A stretch of DNA of 63,890 nucleotides, filler included, from Phoronis australis (GCA_002633005.1; 7 parts of 7 records of this genome joined end to end with filler, not necessarily neighbours in it), one strand, 5' to 3'. Positions 24,335 through 37,992 are shown, counted from the whole stretch's first letter. Notes: generated by a model from the sequence alone, not told the origin. Program-made: numbers and translations.

Positions 24335-26199
24335 GTAGTCATCCAAATGCTAGTTATTTACGATAAGGGAAGTGTTGAAACTCAAAGTGTGTGTGTAACA
24401 CAAGTTTCCCTAATCGGCAGACAAAATCACAGGCACCTTTGATCAGCCCTCAAAAACACTAAATAAAGTCTAAAGAGAAAGGTACACAACTGACATTCAG
24501 TAGGGAGGACAACGTTTTTTTAATTTTTTTTTACAATACCCATGCGTCATACATTTTTGAAAAGCCCTTGGTGTGAGAAATGAAATGGTGCAAAAATCAG
24601 AAAGATTGGGTGAGCGGTTAATGAGAAAGTGGCCGTTGAAATGCAACGATTATGCGTAAAATATCTGCCTTTTTACATAATTTCGTAAAAAATAAAAGAA
24701 TATACATGTGCTGCATATAAAAATATTCGTCTCATTGAGACAAACATGGTGGTGTGTATTATATAAAATTTGGATCGATTTCTACAGAGATATTGCTGTT
24801 TAAGTGTGTTGTTAGCATATAGATGCAGGTTCATCATGTTTGATGAAAACAATGGATTACACAGTTTAAAAGATAAAAAGTAAAGACACCACATCAGCTC
24901 AGAAATAAATACATCTGAGCTAGGAGGAAATTTCACATCAAATCACAAGATCACATTGGTGGATTTGGGGGGGGCAAGGGAGTCAGCCCGTGGTGCCCCT
25001 AAAACTCCCTGATTTCATTTGGCAGGTTGAGGGTAGAAATATCTTACGGGTAAAATCCTGCATAATACTCTGCCCTGCCCCCCCTCCTATCTAAAACTCC
25101 TAGATCTGCCCCTGAATACTACATGGGCAACACATCATTGCCTGACAGTGACAGGTGTCTGGGGGAGGCTATAGCTCCCCCACTTTTTTCAGTGCTGGGT
25201 GCCACCCATGTAACTATTAGATCGTATCATGCCAAAAAATATCAGAAAGTAGACAAAAGACCATTTGGGAAAACAAATCACTCTTAATTAACATGAAGGA
25301 TTTCATCATTTACGCAACAAAAACTTTGTAACAACTTTATTTCGAACGGTGAAGTTGCGATGTCATTGAACTTCAACGTAGCCGCTGGTGGCACTGACGT
25401 GCAGCGACTTAGTGAACTAACGACTGCTGTTTGAAAAGTGCCAATGCGCAGCAGTTTGACAGGATTTCTGAAAATGAAATAATTACCAATTAAAAGAGTG
25501 ATAAATTCCTCATCTAAAAATCGGGGGGGGGGCATATTGCACTACTGGAAAAACATCAATCTCCCGACCGACCAAAATTAGGCCTTCTGAACGATCGAAA
25601 ACTCGCCATAAAAACTTGGCCTTGACTTCGAGAAAACAACTTGAGGAGATGCGCACGCATCTAAACTACATCCTGTCCAAATTTCATGTTTGTATTTGAG
25701 AGTATAGTGCTCTTTTGGATAGGAGGAACAAGAGGTACTTTTTCGAAAGTTGATCGCGTGGCGAAAAATCGTGCGCTAAAAAAAGCTTACAAAAAATGAT
25801 TTATCAGCGATAATTTGAGACAAAAAGATTACAAACTTACAAATAAAGACTAAGGTAATGATTTATGACACAAAATTGTGTTATAGTTAACTTTGAAGTC
25901 TGAAATCGGGTAATTTACCGACATGGGTTTTACACGGAGGCAGATATGGAGCACCGTGACCTACTTTTTGATTGTCCTCCCTACATTCAATATGGCCGTC
26001 TGCCGGGCACTTCCGGAATATCAGCAAACATGTCAAATTTGAAAGTAATTTGACTCAAACATTTTATCTGTTACAGCAACACATTCATTGCTTCCATTTG
26101 TTGACATCGAAACCAATAAAAACAATACATACCTCAAGATTTTCCTACTTCAATCGCCTACATTCATGGCAAAGCGAAGAGCACAAGTAACTTCAAAAT

Positions 26200-26630
26200 T
26201 TTCACAGTCTCTACTGGCTCTGCAGTAGAGACTGTGAAACTGTGAAGCTCCTATAGGCGCTTCATAAGTCGGAAGCTTTTCAGAAAATTGTGCCTTGCAC
26301 TGACTAAAACATCAAAGCCACATTGTTATAAATATATTTTTCTCACAAAGGGACACCTTAGCCTTAGGAGGTGACGTCATATCACTTGGCGCGTACAGTG
26401 TTAGAAATGGGGAGTTGCCGATTTTGGGAACTGAACGAGGGACTGTTCGAAGAAAAATTTTGATAATGGGAGTATTTGTTCGAGTTGGAAGGAATTACAT
26501 ACATCAACAGCCTCCTAAGGTGTCCCTTTGTGAGCAAAAGGTACTTATAACAACGTGACTTTGATGTTTTAGTCAGTGCAAGGCATAATTCGCCAAAAAG
26601 CTTCCCGCGTATGAAGCGCCTATAGGAGCT
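26200..26630. mobile_element. 17-bp perfect hairpin followed by a MITE-like element with ~130-bp inverted arms
   Basis: TTTCACAGTCTCTACTG-gctctg-CAGTAGAGACTGTGAAA (26200-26239); AGCTCCTATAGGCGCTTCATA (26246) .. TATGAAGCGCCTATAGGAGCT (26630). Confidence 0.8.
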
Positions 26631-27842
26631 CCACCATCCTACATGCCAGTAGGACGATGGTCACTGTCTATCAAGCGACCTAGATATCGGATGTTTTGGC
26701 ATATTTTGCATTTTCTTTACATGGAAATACTACGGGCCGTTTTAACTTCTTTACTGAAATAAATACTTACCTTTACGGCATTGTCCTGTTACTATACCTT
26801 GTCACTGCAAGTGATATTTATGTTCTGGATGATCTTTAAAAAACACAACTACTAAACCCTCAGAGAACCTATATATCGGACATCATGTTTTCGCATACGC
26901 CACACCGAGGAAAACAGACTAACCATGTAATGGCCCCAGGCACCTTGTCGCCAAATTGCAGCTCGAGTGTTTTGATATATTTGCTGCTAGAACACAGCTC
27001 TGTTCGCAACAACATTATCCATAAAAAGTAAGCTGATGACAGCACTGTGTTGTTTCGATGAATCAGTGCAGATGACTAATGCACGTGCAATCTCAGTGCA
27101 GTTTTTAGTATCTCTTTGCCTTTTAGATATGACACATGCACCTGCGTGGCTGGGGTTTGACTTCAGTTTAAAAATAAATGTAAAATGAAACAGTGGTGCC
27201 TGTCAGTTCATTAGACAGTGACCACTGCCTTTAGCTGGCCCCAGTAGAGACAATTGATGCTCCTATAGGAGCTTCATACGCTGGAAGCTCATCAAGTTCA
27301 TCATATTTGCCTTCTAGTATACATCATCGGTGCTAATGAACTATTCAGTAAGTTGTGACTAAGAAATAGTCACTTTCTGGGCGTAACACCAATTACTGTA
27401 CATTGTAGTTTTTGTAATAAACAACAAACAAGTGGCAACTAGAAAATGTTCTTAGTTAATAGCAAATGATTATTTTCACTTTCTCTTAAACATTTTTGAT
27501 AGTTTAAACTGTTTGAAACTAAATGATACAGATGGCAGATGTAGGAGAATGGAGGCAATTGTGAGGAAACACAGCTCCAGCACATTCACCAGCTTTGGCC
27601 AGCATAGATGATTTGTCATACATTCTAATTATCCTCCTGCATTAGTGCTATGTTTAAATCCTTTTTATCACTAGCACATTGATTTTGGCTTAGTCTCAAT
27701 TCTTAAAATTTTATACGCCGGAAACTTTTACTTTTAATTGGAGTAACGTAGCTCAATGTAACTTGTTCCCTTTCATTTTATTTTGTCGTTCCTTTCAAAT
27801 TTAAACTGTATTGACTTTTTCTTCATTATTTTTTATTTCCAG

Positions 27843-27974
27843 GGTTTGGCTAGACAAGTTGCCATGGCAGTGTTCAGAAAACCTCATCTCACAGTTCCGT
27901 GCTGGGCCACCAGATGTCCTACCTTTCAAACTTCTTTGACCCAAAACTATTCGGTGTTCGGTCCAGATGATGTT
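27843..27974 (+). CDS. MRPL48: MRPL48 exon 2 (GLARQVAMAVFRKPH...NYSVFGPDDV), mitochondrial-targeting-like
   Basis: Polypyrimidine ttccAG acceptor, GTGTGT donor; 132 nt, phase 0 to 0; basic, acid-poor presequence-like N-terminus. Confidence 0.7.
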
Positions 27975-28127
27975 GTGTGTACAATTTTAGTCATGCAAAT
28001 GTTCAATTTGTGTCTTTCCATAAAGAAATTCTCTTTTTAAACTGTCCATTTCAGTACAGTGCAGTTCAAGTACAATTGTATACATTCAGTCGAAGACAGA
28101 AACATTATGTAGACTGAAATAGCAATG

Positions 28128-28809
28128 CAGCGCTCAATTTGGCGACCTTCTGATCACCAAGGCGACCTCGGATTGTGTTTGGCGACCTGGGAAAAATCTC
28201 AAGCCGCCGCGAAGTTGCTACCGCGAGTATCAAAGTCAGACAATAGTTCCCCCTAAATTTGTTTCAAAGTTCGTGTTGGCTTCCAAACTTTAAATTGCTA
28301 ACACTTTTCCTAGATTCATTACCTTTGATTCACAATTGTTCTGTTTATTTCGTAAAATCAGTGCATTTGCCATCACAGCAGTCAGCACGCATCAAATGCG
28401 CTTAAATTACAACAGGAACTCGAGTTAACATACACAAGTCGGAATTGTTGGGCAAAAATCAGGCAAGGTTGGTGAAATACATGCCACCAGTGTACGGGAT
28501 TGTCTGGTTCTGTGTTTGTTATTCATTGGTGGGAGGAATTGAGTTAAAGAACGAATGTACATTTGTGGGTAGAAATTAGAGAGGTACACGGAAGATTCTG
28601 AGATTAGGGCATGGAATGATCACAAAACTTTTTATATTTCTTTAGTTTATTTTTTATTATTTTTTGTTGGTGACTTCTACACTGGATTGTCAACCTCACA
28701 TTTCATTAGGCGACCTGGGATTTTCAGTTGTGGCAACCTCAGATTTCATTTGGTGACCTGGGATTTTTGCCACATTGCTACTTCACGTTAAGCTAAGCAT
28801 CGAGCGCTG
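28128..28809. mobile_element. 682-bp non-autonomous TIR transposon with 5-bp TSD (hAT5-like)
   Basis: Ends CAGCGCTC / GAGCGCTG; TSD CAATG (28123-28127, 28810-28814); subterminal GGCGACC repeats. Confidence 0.8.
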
Positions 28810-29362
28810 CAATGTAAATTTTGTTACAGGACAAGAAGTTGAAGCTGTGTCAGTGAAAAAATAACAATGCGTCATAGGTTTTTTGTTTTCCCGCATGTTA
28901 TGGATGCTGTTGGATCAATGGAAAACTTTGAGTGATCGAGATTTACACTGATTTAATCATTGGAGTTATTATTATGTGCCTTTGCCATGGTACAACTCTC
29001 AATGCACAGGGACATGATTATCAGACGTTCCTTTGAATTTTAACATTGCTGTGAGACTTGAAGTAAACATTATAGTTTTTGAATGTCCTGTTCGGGCTTA
29101 ATTTGGTTGCCATGGCCATGTCAGATTTTGCTTCGCTACCTTGTAAAAATACCAGGTTGCCACGAAATTTCCAGGCTACCTCTGAGCGTGCATTTTAAAT
29201 ATTACAGGAATTTAACAATGGGAATTGTTCATCAAAACTTGATAGAGCCCGATCACAGCCATCCTGAGCCATTCTCCTCTCGGTGTTTTGATAAAATGTG
29301 TGTGAGCTGTACTGTATATTCTGTGTTAAATCAAATGCTAATCAGTGAAATGTTTTATTTAG

Positions 29363-29493
29363 GGGTTGGAACCAGAAGTTAAAGAATACGACACCTTACA
29401 CATCAAAATGAAGGGCTATGACTTTGTTGTTCTTGAATCATATGCCAAGTATATCAACAACCTGGCACAGTCCTTTGATCTCCAAACTCAGAG
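29363..29493 (+). CDS. MRPL48: MRPL48 exon 3 (GLEPEVKEYDTLHIKMKGYDFVVLESYAKYINNLAQSFDLQTQ)
   Basis: AG/GTAAG boundaries; 131 nt, phase 0 to 2; S10-fold motif GYD...ESYAxY typical of mL48. Confidence 0.92.
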
Positions 29494-29893
29494 GTAAGAA
29501 AAATTTGTGTTCCGCTCACCATTGGGAGATATAATAAAAGTATTCTTTCTTTTTAGCACAAAAGGTTATCACCGACTGTGTCTTGAGATGTGGAAGGAAA
29601 ATTAAAAGGTGACTAGCATCATGATAAGCAAGCAGACATTGTAAACCATTGTGCCGTGGTTTGACTGCATTGACTGTATCTGAGTGCACCCAGTGCTCAC
29701 TATGAGGTCCTTGTGAAGAAAGTATTCTCCTTTTGTCCTCTGTAATGAACAGATTGAGAACATAATCTTGTTCAACAGCATGTAGGCATTCCTGGAATAA
29801 GTGCTCCAAATGGCCTGAATGCCTGTGTTCCAACAGCGTAGCCTGATGTTTTGCACTACTTATTGTATTTCAAGCTCCTCATTCTCATTTCAG

Positions 29894-30086
29894 TTTTGCA
29901 GCACCATGTCGCACTTCATATATTACCACCTTCAAGCCTCAGAGTATTCTGGTCAATACGGAGTATGATCTGGCCCTGTACGAGCGCGTCATTGAGATCA
30001 CGGATGTTCCTTGCACTACATTGCCACTGTTACTGGAGGTTGCTCAGTTACAACTGCCATCAGGAGTTCAGTTTACCGTGCAACAG
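29894..30086 (+). CDS. MRPL48: MRPL48 exon 4 (SFAAPCRT...YDLALYERVIEITDVP...LEVAQLQLPSGVQFTVQQ)
   Basis: tttcAG acceptor; 193 nt, phase 2 to 0; AxP, ERV and LPxGV motifs of mL48. Confidence 0.92.
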
Positions 30087-30175
30087 GTTCTCACTATGAT
30101 CTTTGCTAATTGACTACCTTGTCAGATGTAGAAAGTGTTAAGCGTTGTAACACATGACACAGTGAAGGTTAAGGA

Positions 30176-31690
30176 TTTTTATGCGTCCACATATTTATTT
30201 GTTGGTACATATTGTCTGGATGTCCAGTGTCTGCTGTTGTATCTCCTAAGCCCCTTAAAGGATCTTAAGGATATTTAGCAGATGTGTTCCTATGAAGCTG
30301 ACAACACATGACTACCACTGTGCCCAGGAGTTGCAATTTTAGTTTCTTTTACATTTAGTATCTTTGAAGTTCCTTGATGGATTTTCATGAAATTTGTCAA
30401 ATATTTTTTTGTTAAGGAGAAGACAATGTCTTTTCATTTTCAGAGGGATTTGGGTTTTTAATGCCACCTTGTGTGGCCATTTTTGTTAATTTTGAGCCTG
30501 TTTTCTGGCATCCGCCTCTCCATCTGCCAAACCGCTCAAAGGATCATTATGAAAATTTGCAGATTTGTTCCTGATGGGAAAGCCACGACTGACATTGACT
30601 TTCGAATGGGTCTGACTGCTGTGTCACCCCTAGTGGTGTTTTTGTTATTTTTTCACCTGAGGCTAAATCTCCTTTAACCTTTTAGGGAGCTTTATGAAAA
30701 TTGACAGATGTGTTCTTATGGAGTTGGCGACAAACGTTAACAAGTGTCAAATTAGTCCAAGTACTGCTTTGCCCCCTAGTGGCAAATCATTTTTATGTTT
30801 GTATCTGTATCTTCGGATTCATTATTGTGTTATCATGAAATTAGGCAAATAGATTTCTATTAGGCAAACAATTGCGCCTTTTTATCTTTGGGCTGATTTG
30901 ATTCTTTCTGTGCCATCTGGTAACCATTTTAAAAAACTGAGTAAATTTTTGACGTCCACCTCTTTATCCGCCAAAGTGCTTAAAGGATCATTATGAAAAT
31001 TGGCAGTTGTCTTCTTGATGAGAAGACTGCACCTGATGTTAATTTTCGGATGGGTTCGACTACTCTGGTGCGTCCACGGAGGTATCTTTGTAAAATTTGG
31101 CATATGTACTCCTATAGAGATAGCAACAGATAGCGGCGAGTTTCAGACCAATTGGACCACATTTGTGCCCCATAGTGTCAATTTTTTACATTTGTCTCTG
31201 TGTCTTTGGAGTTCATAGATGGATTTTTGGGGAATTTGTTAAGTGGATTTGTACTAAGGAGACAACAATGCCTTTATATTTTGGGGCAGATTCATCATTC
31301 TGCGCCACCTAGTGACCATTTTTATTATTTCAACTGTTCTTTTGGCGTCTGCTCAAAAGGTCATTATCATGAGATTCAGTGGTTGTGTTCCTGATGAGAA
31401 GATCATACCTGACGTTGATTTTCGCGTAGGTCTGACATCTGTGGCATCCCCTAGTGGTGATTTTGTTTTTTGTGGCCTTGTTTCTTCATGAAAATTGATA
31501 AGTTTCCGTTATTAAGATACTCGCAGAATTTTATATTGGATGGATTTCACAATAACAACTTTTCAATTTCGGACAGGTTTGACATACCCTGCACTTATAT
31601 CTAATAGCCATTGTTATGATACTAATACTACCGCAGAAGTATACCGTTTGCTGTGCATGGATGTGGACGCATTGCAATGCTCTTATTTTC
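30176..31690 (+). mobile_element. Helentron-associated HINE-like element in MRPL48 intron 4
   Basis: 5' T-run plus ATGCGTCCACAT (30181-30192); matching 3' subterminal inverted repeat ATGTGGACGCAT (31661-31672) running into the palindrome GCATTGCAATGC; internal diverged tandem subrepeats. Confidence 0.7.
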
Positions 31691-32287
31691 TTATTTAATG
31701 CATTCGTGCATTGTTTAAGAATCTGATTCATTCATAATTCACTTTTCTAGTTGCTAGTGCATTTTTAGAGATCCCAAATGTGCAGCTTTGGGACCATTCA
31801 CCATTATGGCCATTTTTACAACCATACAAACCACACCATACTTCGGGAGGGGACACCAACACAATTTTAGAAAAGTTTGTAAGAGCAATTGATAAAATCA
31901 AGAAGTCATCAAAATCAAACAGACTTTTTCACAGTACAACCAAGGTGTGAATTTTTTGGACAGGATGGGGGATTGGAAAAAGCATACAGTATGTATGCTA
32001 ATAAAAATGGTGGTAATAGGGAACAAACCCTTATAAAGGTAAAATTAATAGTAGTTTAACACACCAAGATGACATCTGTGACCAAGCTCCCCACACTTGG
32101 TACAATCATGAATCACTAGTACAGTTTCTCTCCTCATTTAAGAATTATTTCTACTGACTTGTGAAAAATCAAACGAATCACGGCTTGCTTTTGAAATGCA
32201 TTAATTCATGTCCTAATATAGTTGTACTGCACACATTGTGCATGCATGTGACTGGATGGAGGCTGTTACTGTTGTCATTTGTTACAG

Positions 32288-32398
32288 CCCAACCCTGATG
32301 ACGAAGAGTGGAGGTATGTGCCGGACCGGGAGCTGCGAGACGTGCAGGCACAGCTGGATGAGATGGATAGACTGAAGGAGGAGAAGAAAAAGAAGTGA
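32288..32398 (+). CDS. MRPL48: MRPL48 exon 5, terminal (PNPDDEEWRYVPDRELRDVQAQLDEMDRLKEEKKKK*)
   Basis: ttacAG acceptor, phase 0; RYxPDxEL motif; TGA at 32396-32398. Confidence 0.9.
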   Translation, partial: PNPDDEEWRYVPDRELRDVQAQLDEMDRLKEEKKKK

Positions 32399-32829
32399 GA
32401 TGATTGGAGTGAATGAAGGACATGTTTAGAATCATCAAGAGAAATTGATTAGTGGCTTGAGTGAATTGAGAGACAAAGAAATGAATTTTTCGATGGTGAA
32501 GGAAAAGAGGAGAAGATTTCGGCATGAAGAGAAGACGCTGAATTTAAGGGGACCACACATGTGGGGGGCGAGTGGTTGCCTCAGCTCCTCCTAAGTGGTT
32601 AACCTCCCGAAAAGTATGTAAATGCAGAGAATAATTAGTCTTTTGTGCGCAAATCATACATTTCATCAAAAAATATGCTTATGCAGTGCATGGCATAATT
32701 GTGGCCTGTTCTTGATTTTCACTCAATTGACATCCATTTACTGCACTTAGCAAACATTGACTTGTTTGAATTATTCCATCTCAAGTGTGTGGTTGGATAA
32801 GTGGCTGAGGTGCCAAAACTGCTTGTTTA

Positions 32830-34620
32830 CTGCCTATAATTTTGAGTTAGACACTTCAGATTTACATATGTGATTGATGCATGTAACTGAGCTTCAATTC
32901 CAAAGTTTCAGGTCATTTGGTGCAACCATTGGGTCATTAGGTGCATTTTCCTTCTGAAAATTGACCTTTTCATTAAACATGTTAAACTACTGTGATTTTC
33001 AATGTTTACCACGCCTTTCAGGGACTTTACCATAATTTCACTACAAGGGCTAATAATGCACCAGAAAGGGTTAATTAGTGCAAAGGTCACATAATTTTCA
33101 AAATATACAGTACTAAAGATAATGCCATCCAGTTCTATTTGCTCATTTACATTTCGAGTTCAATGTGCATTGCTTGAACAGCTGAGGATGTAGACAGCTG
33201 ACGCAATAGACAGTTGGAACGATAGACAGCCGGAACAATTTTTCGTCCGCCACAGTCGTACTGTGTGCGCTCATTCGCAACAAGATCGTAAGTTGTTGGA
33301 AAGCACTGTAAACAAGTTATTGAAAGATGTCCAGCCGTGTTGTGTTAATGACGCAATTTATCAGGGATACAAAATTTTGGGAGTCGTCATCGATGGAAAA
33401 AGGTTTCCGTGTGCGCTGGCTTTTATCATACTTCATGCATGTTAACTTAATTAGAATTTAAGTTGACATAACGCAGTTGGAAATAAAATTCACTTAATTA
33501 GATGTTAATTTTATTCTGAGGTTGCAAGTCATTCATTGGTCTGTAGATTTGTCAAATCTGCAGAATATTTGTAATAGCTTGACAAATAGCGGAGGAGTGA
33601 TATAGGTGGTCAGTAATGCATCTACACTTGTTGACTTTGTGTTTTTAATTCAACAATAAAATGAAAGAGTATTGACTCACAGGTTCATGCTGATTTTTAA
33701 AAGTGACTGTGACGAGGATGATGATGACAATAGCTATAATAATTATGACATTGACAACGCCAGACAAACAGACATAATGAAAACGGACCTTCATACAGGC
33801 TGCTGAAGATGACCTGTTACCATAAATGTAAGGTACAGTAAGTGGATAAAAGACGACACGGAAAACAGCTGTAAGAAACACGTATACAAACAAAACATAG
33901 TCACTTGCACCTTTAAATAAAACACAGACACATCCACATGAGATACTTAAGCATCATGGAATTATAAGGCGTTGTTTTTTTTTACAAACTTATTATTTTC
34001 TGGGACATTTTACTTCTGAAAATATGACTTTTATTCAACATGTATTCTGAGGTGTCAACGGTTAGACACTGTGATTCTCAGCATTAACAATACTTTTATG
34101 GACTTCTCATTTATTATGCTTCTGGGGCTCATAATTCACGGAAAAGGGTCAAATACTACACTAAGGATATCTAATTTTATTTAACCTGGGCGTTGTTTTT
34201 TTTCAAACTTATTATTTTTCTAGGACATTTTTCTTATGAAAATATGACTTTTATTCAACATGTATTCTGATGTGTCAACAGTTAGGCACTGTAATTCTCA
34301 GCATTAACGACACTTTTATGGACTTCTCATTTATTATGCTTCTGGGGCTCATAATGCACCGAAAAGGGTCAAATACTACAATAAGGATATCTAATGTTAT
34401 TCAACCTGTATTCTTTTTATACAATTTCTATTCTACAGTGCCAACAGTTAAAAAACTGTGATTCTGCAGAATGCACATTTTTATTATCATGTATGGTTCT
34501 GCTGTCTTGCACTAGCCACAGTAAATGTACTCTCACTCACGCAGAGTCATTATTGTCACTTTCTGACAATAATCTTTGTAGTTAACACTTTCGTGTTCAA
34601 GCTCTGTATCATAGCTATTT
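32830..34620 (+). repeat. Fragments related to the 44267-46685 Helitron family (32830-33120 and 33960-34620)
   Basis: Shared internal motifs; 3' end CACGCAGAGTCATTATTGTCACtttcTGACAATAATCTTTGTAG at ~34538-34581, repeated at ~41660-41740. Confidence 0.7.
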
Positions 34621-37600
34621 CAGACAGGTTTGACATCATAGCAACATAGGAACAATGATATTTCAGCTTTTAAGGTGCTTAAAACACTTTACTATGCCGC
34701 CACTTTTTTAAACTATTGGCTCGCCCTTCTCAAAGGCGATCTTTTGCTGTTGCACTGGCAAAATCTGTCAACCTGCCTGCAAATAAATGCGTGCTTTTAT
34801 TTCCTTCCACCACAATGTCTTTAAGAAATTCGCAACTAAGGTGGCAGACGGAACCCATCACCATCAGAAACTTTGGTCTTGCTCCATTTGTGTGGAGCAG
34901 GGTAATTACCGCATTAGCGATGACTCCCATGGCAATAAAACAGTGAACGGGTGAACTCTGCTTAAAAATTGTTATGGTCGTTTGTTCCCGACGAAAAAAG
35001 CTACGATGGCATTGTTTCTGTTGTGCTTACCAAGGGAAGTGTGTTTAATGCAAAGCCGGATACACAATTGGTTTATGACCTGTGATCGCCAAAAAAAGAT
35101 TGAGAAAACGCTTTAACAATAAAAAAACTTTTTACCTGATCCTGGAAACTCCTTTCGTTTGGAGTTGAAAGTGTATGGGATGCATCTTTGACTATTCCAT
35201 GAAACTACAAATGTTAAAAGAGAATGGAAAGCACGTAGGGACACATCTGTGAATTCGAGCAGGCACATTTGATAGTTAGACAATCCAAGAAAGGCGTTAG
35301 GTGTGTTTACCGTTTTCCTCCATGTGACAAATACCATGCAAACTCATGAAATATGACGTCACTTTCGTAAAATGTATCATTGCTACATTTCTCGTTTGTG
35401 CATTCGATGTAAATTGGAACAATTACATAAAATGTTACAACTTGTTGCATTTTAGGAGAGGCCTCGCAACGTAAAATGTAACGACGTAAAATGTAACATT
35501 TTACGGTGTATCAGTGCTCTTAAAATCGTGATAGCCAATATTTTAACATGTCTGTTGGCAATTTGCATTGCGAATGCACACCGGAAGATCGGAAATCGTA
35601 CAAACTGAGTTTGAGCGAGTATGAATCGAGCTATCCAACAGATAGTACAGTTTTGTTTAATGAAAAACTGCTTCCGAACTATACTGATATGCGTGTTGTG
35701 TGCGTGCGTGCGTGTTTGAGTATAACAACCGGATGGACCGCTATTTCCTGTAGGTGCAATATACACATTTTCAGCCGACGGAGTCTGCAGTGGCAATGTC
35801 ATAGCGGCATGATAGAGTATTACTTGTAGATTTTCTGTCGAATGCAGGGAGTCATCGGGAAGCAAATTGTTCTTGCACTTCTCGACTTCCTTCAGTCGGC
35901 TACGTGTAAAGCTCCACCGAAGAATACTACAGTAGACTGTTATGCACCTTCACAGAAATACGCAGCAAAATTGCAAAGGCTTCTGCAATGATCGAGTAAT
36001 GCAACCGCTGCAGTTTTTGGTAATATATGAATTCAACAACTGGCCTACAAGTGTGCATTAAGGCACTTCCGTTTATTTGGATAAAACTCCAAGAGTACAC
36101 CAAGAACATCGTTATGATTGGTTCCCTCCACACCCTTCATTGGAATGCTGTGCGAGCACAAACTGGCATGTTCTGGTTACTTAAGATTGTTTTTAAAGAT
36201 GGGTTGGTTAATTACCGGTGGCAGGCCACGCCATTTCGCCGTAGACCCACCTTTATTTAAGATGGCTGCAAAACTAACGCCATTGAAGAATCTATAGAAT
36301 TACTGTTAACATGAATAAAATCAATAAGCTGCTCTGTTGATAATAGCAGAAAGAGCTCTTCCTGATAATAGGTATATTTCTATACCAAACACCTTGCGTT
36401 TGTCTCCGAAAATAATCGATAACATACAACTCAGAGGGACAAAAACGGTAAATTTAGACATAATTTTACAAACTGACACCTTTAAATGTTACCTTCTGTA
36501 AAAATTACAGTTTAGACATATTACCATAAACAAATTGTGCCGAAACGACTCGTCAATTTTGTTTCTCAATAACTGTTTTTATATCTTGTAAGCTGTAGTC
36601 CCGATTTTGGTCATTTTCACACACTCGCACTATTATGACGACAAATCCAACGCCAAATCCCACCTACTGTCACTGGGAACATCTGAACACCGAGCACTAG
36701 AAACTATGATGGTTGTGAAAAGGTATGTCCTTAATAAGTCCTCGGAGGTATCGCTGAGGGCTGTTTTCAACTGCTTCATCGAATAATGCAACTTAAAAAA
36801 TGTCAGGAATGGTGGATAATTAGACTAGACTGCGATGTACTGAATTGATTAGTGCGTGACCGACAACCAACTGTCCGCCAGAGTAAGTTGCACCCGCAAA
36901 GTACCGAGCGATATTTTCAAGATGGGCATGCGTTGCACAAGGATAGAGTGAATAAGTACATTTAATTTTGGCAATCAGTGTGTAATAAGGGGCATTATTT
37001 TAATTCGTATCCTTTGTGTTTGTAATTTGTGCAAGTTTATCAACCTCGGTCTCCTTTTCATCTCCAGTAACGATTGCGACGGGCGTGTTTTTATCGTTGG
37101 AACGTGTATTGATCACAAACAATGAATATCTCATCAAGCAACTGGTGTGAAAATAATGCCGCTACTTCCCGTCATTCTACAGCTGACATGTGGAGTGATC
37201 CGTAAACAGCTGTGTTACCTTGGAGCCTTCTGAGTCTTGAACTGTTTTTCTTTCACAAGGTAGTGTTATTACGTAGCAATTTACCCAAATTGTTTTCACA
37301 TTCACGTAATTTTTGAGCAGCGAACTGGATTTCTGATCGTAAGCTCCTGGTTTACCGTCGTGTCTTTGTTAACACCGAGGATTTCCGGTAAAGCGCCCTG
37401 GGCGTCTTCGATTCCTTCAAGTTGGATTTTTCCCGAAAAACTAAGGAAGACATCAATATCTTGAAAGAAAATCGAATGTCAGGATTTTACATTTAAATTT
37501 TTAGTTATTCATCGACCGCTTAAGTTAGAAATCTTGTCGCCACTTCGGTTTCTAAAATGCTGAGATATAATGTTGCTAAAAAGGAAAGCTGTAGCGGACG

Positions 37601-37992
37601 TCTATTATGTAAGCTTTGGTAATATATTCTGATAATGAGAAGTTAGTGTTATGTGCAGAAAACGCCTGAACTACATGTTATTTTTTAAAATTCAGTTGTG
37701 AGCAATTGAAACACAGTTGAGAGAATTTTAGGTAGCCTATTTGACTCCCCCTTTCAATCTGTTACTAGAGAAAAAATAAAGAGAGGTCTCCACCTCGCTT
37801 TCAGAAGGCGATTGTACGCCCTGTTGATGTCTGCTGGAATTGCGGTGTGCGACAAAGTTAGATTTTTTTAGAGCTTTGAGTATTCATCTGTTTGAAATCG
37901 TGAAATTATCTACTCACCAACTTTCCGGCCAAATTAAAGGCACTTTATTCATTTTTACATAGCAGTGGGTTCTGAACAATTGCAGTATAATT

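Noticed and set aside
26166-26186. Alternative MRPL48 first exon MAKRRAQ|GTAACT
   Set aside because: It sits among repeat-derived sequence; the MSG-starting exon at 24317 fits better, though this is not proven
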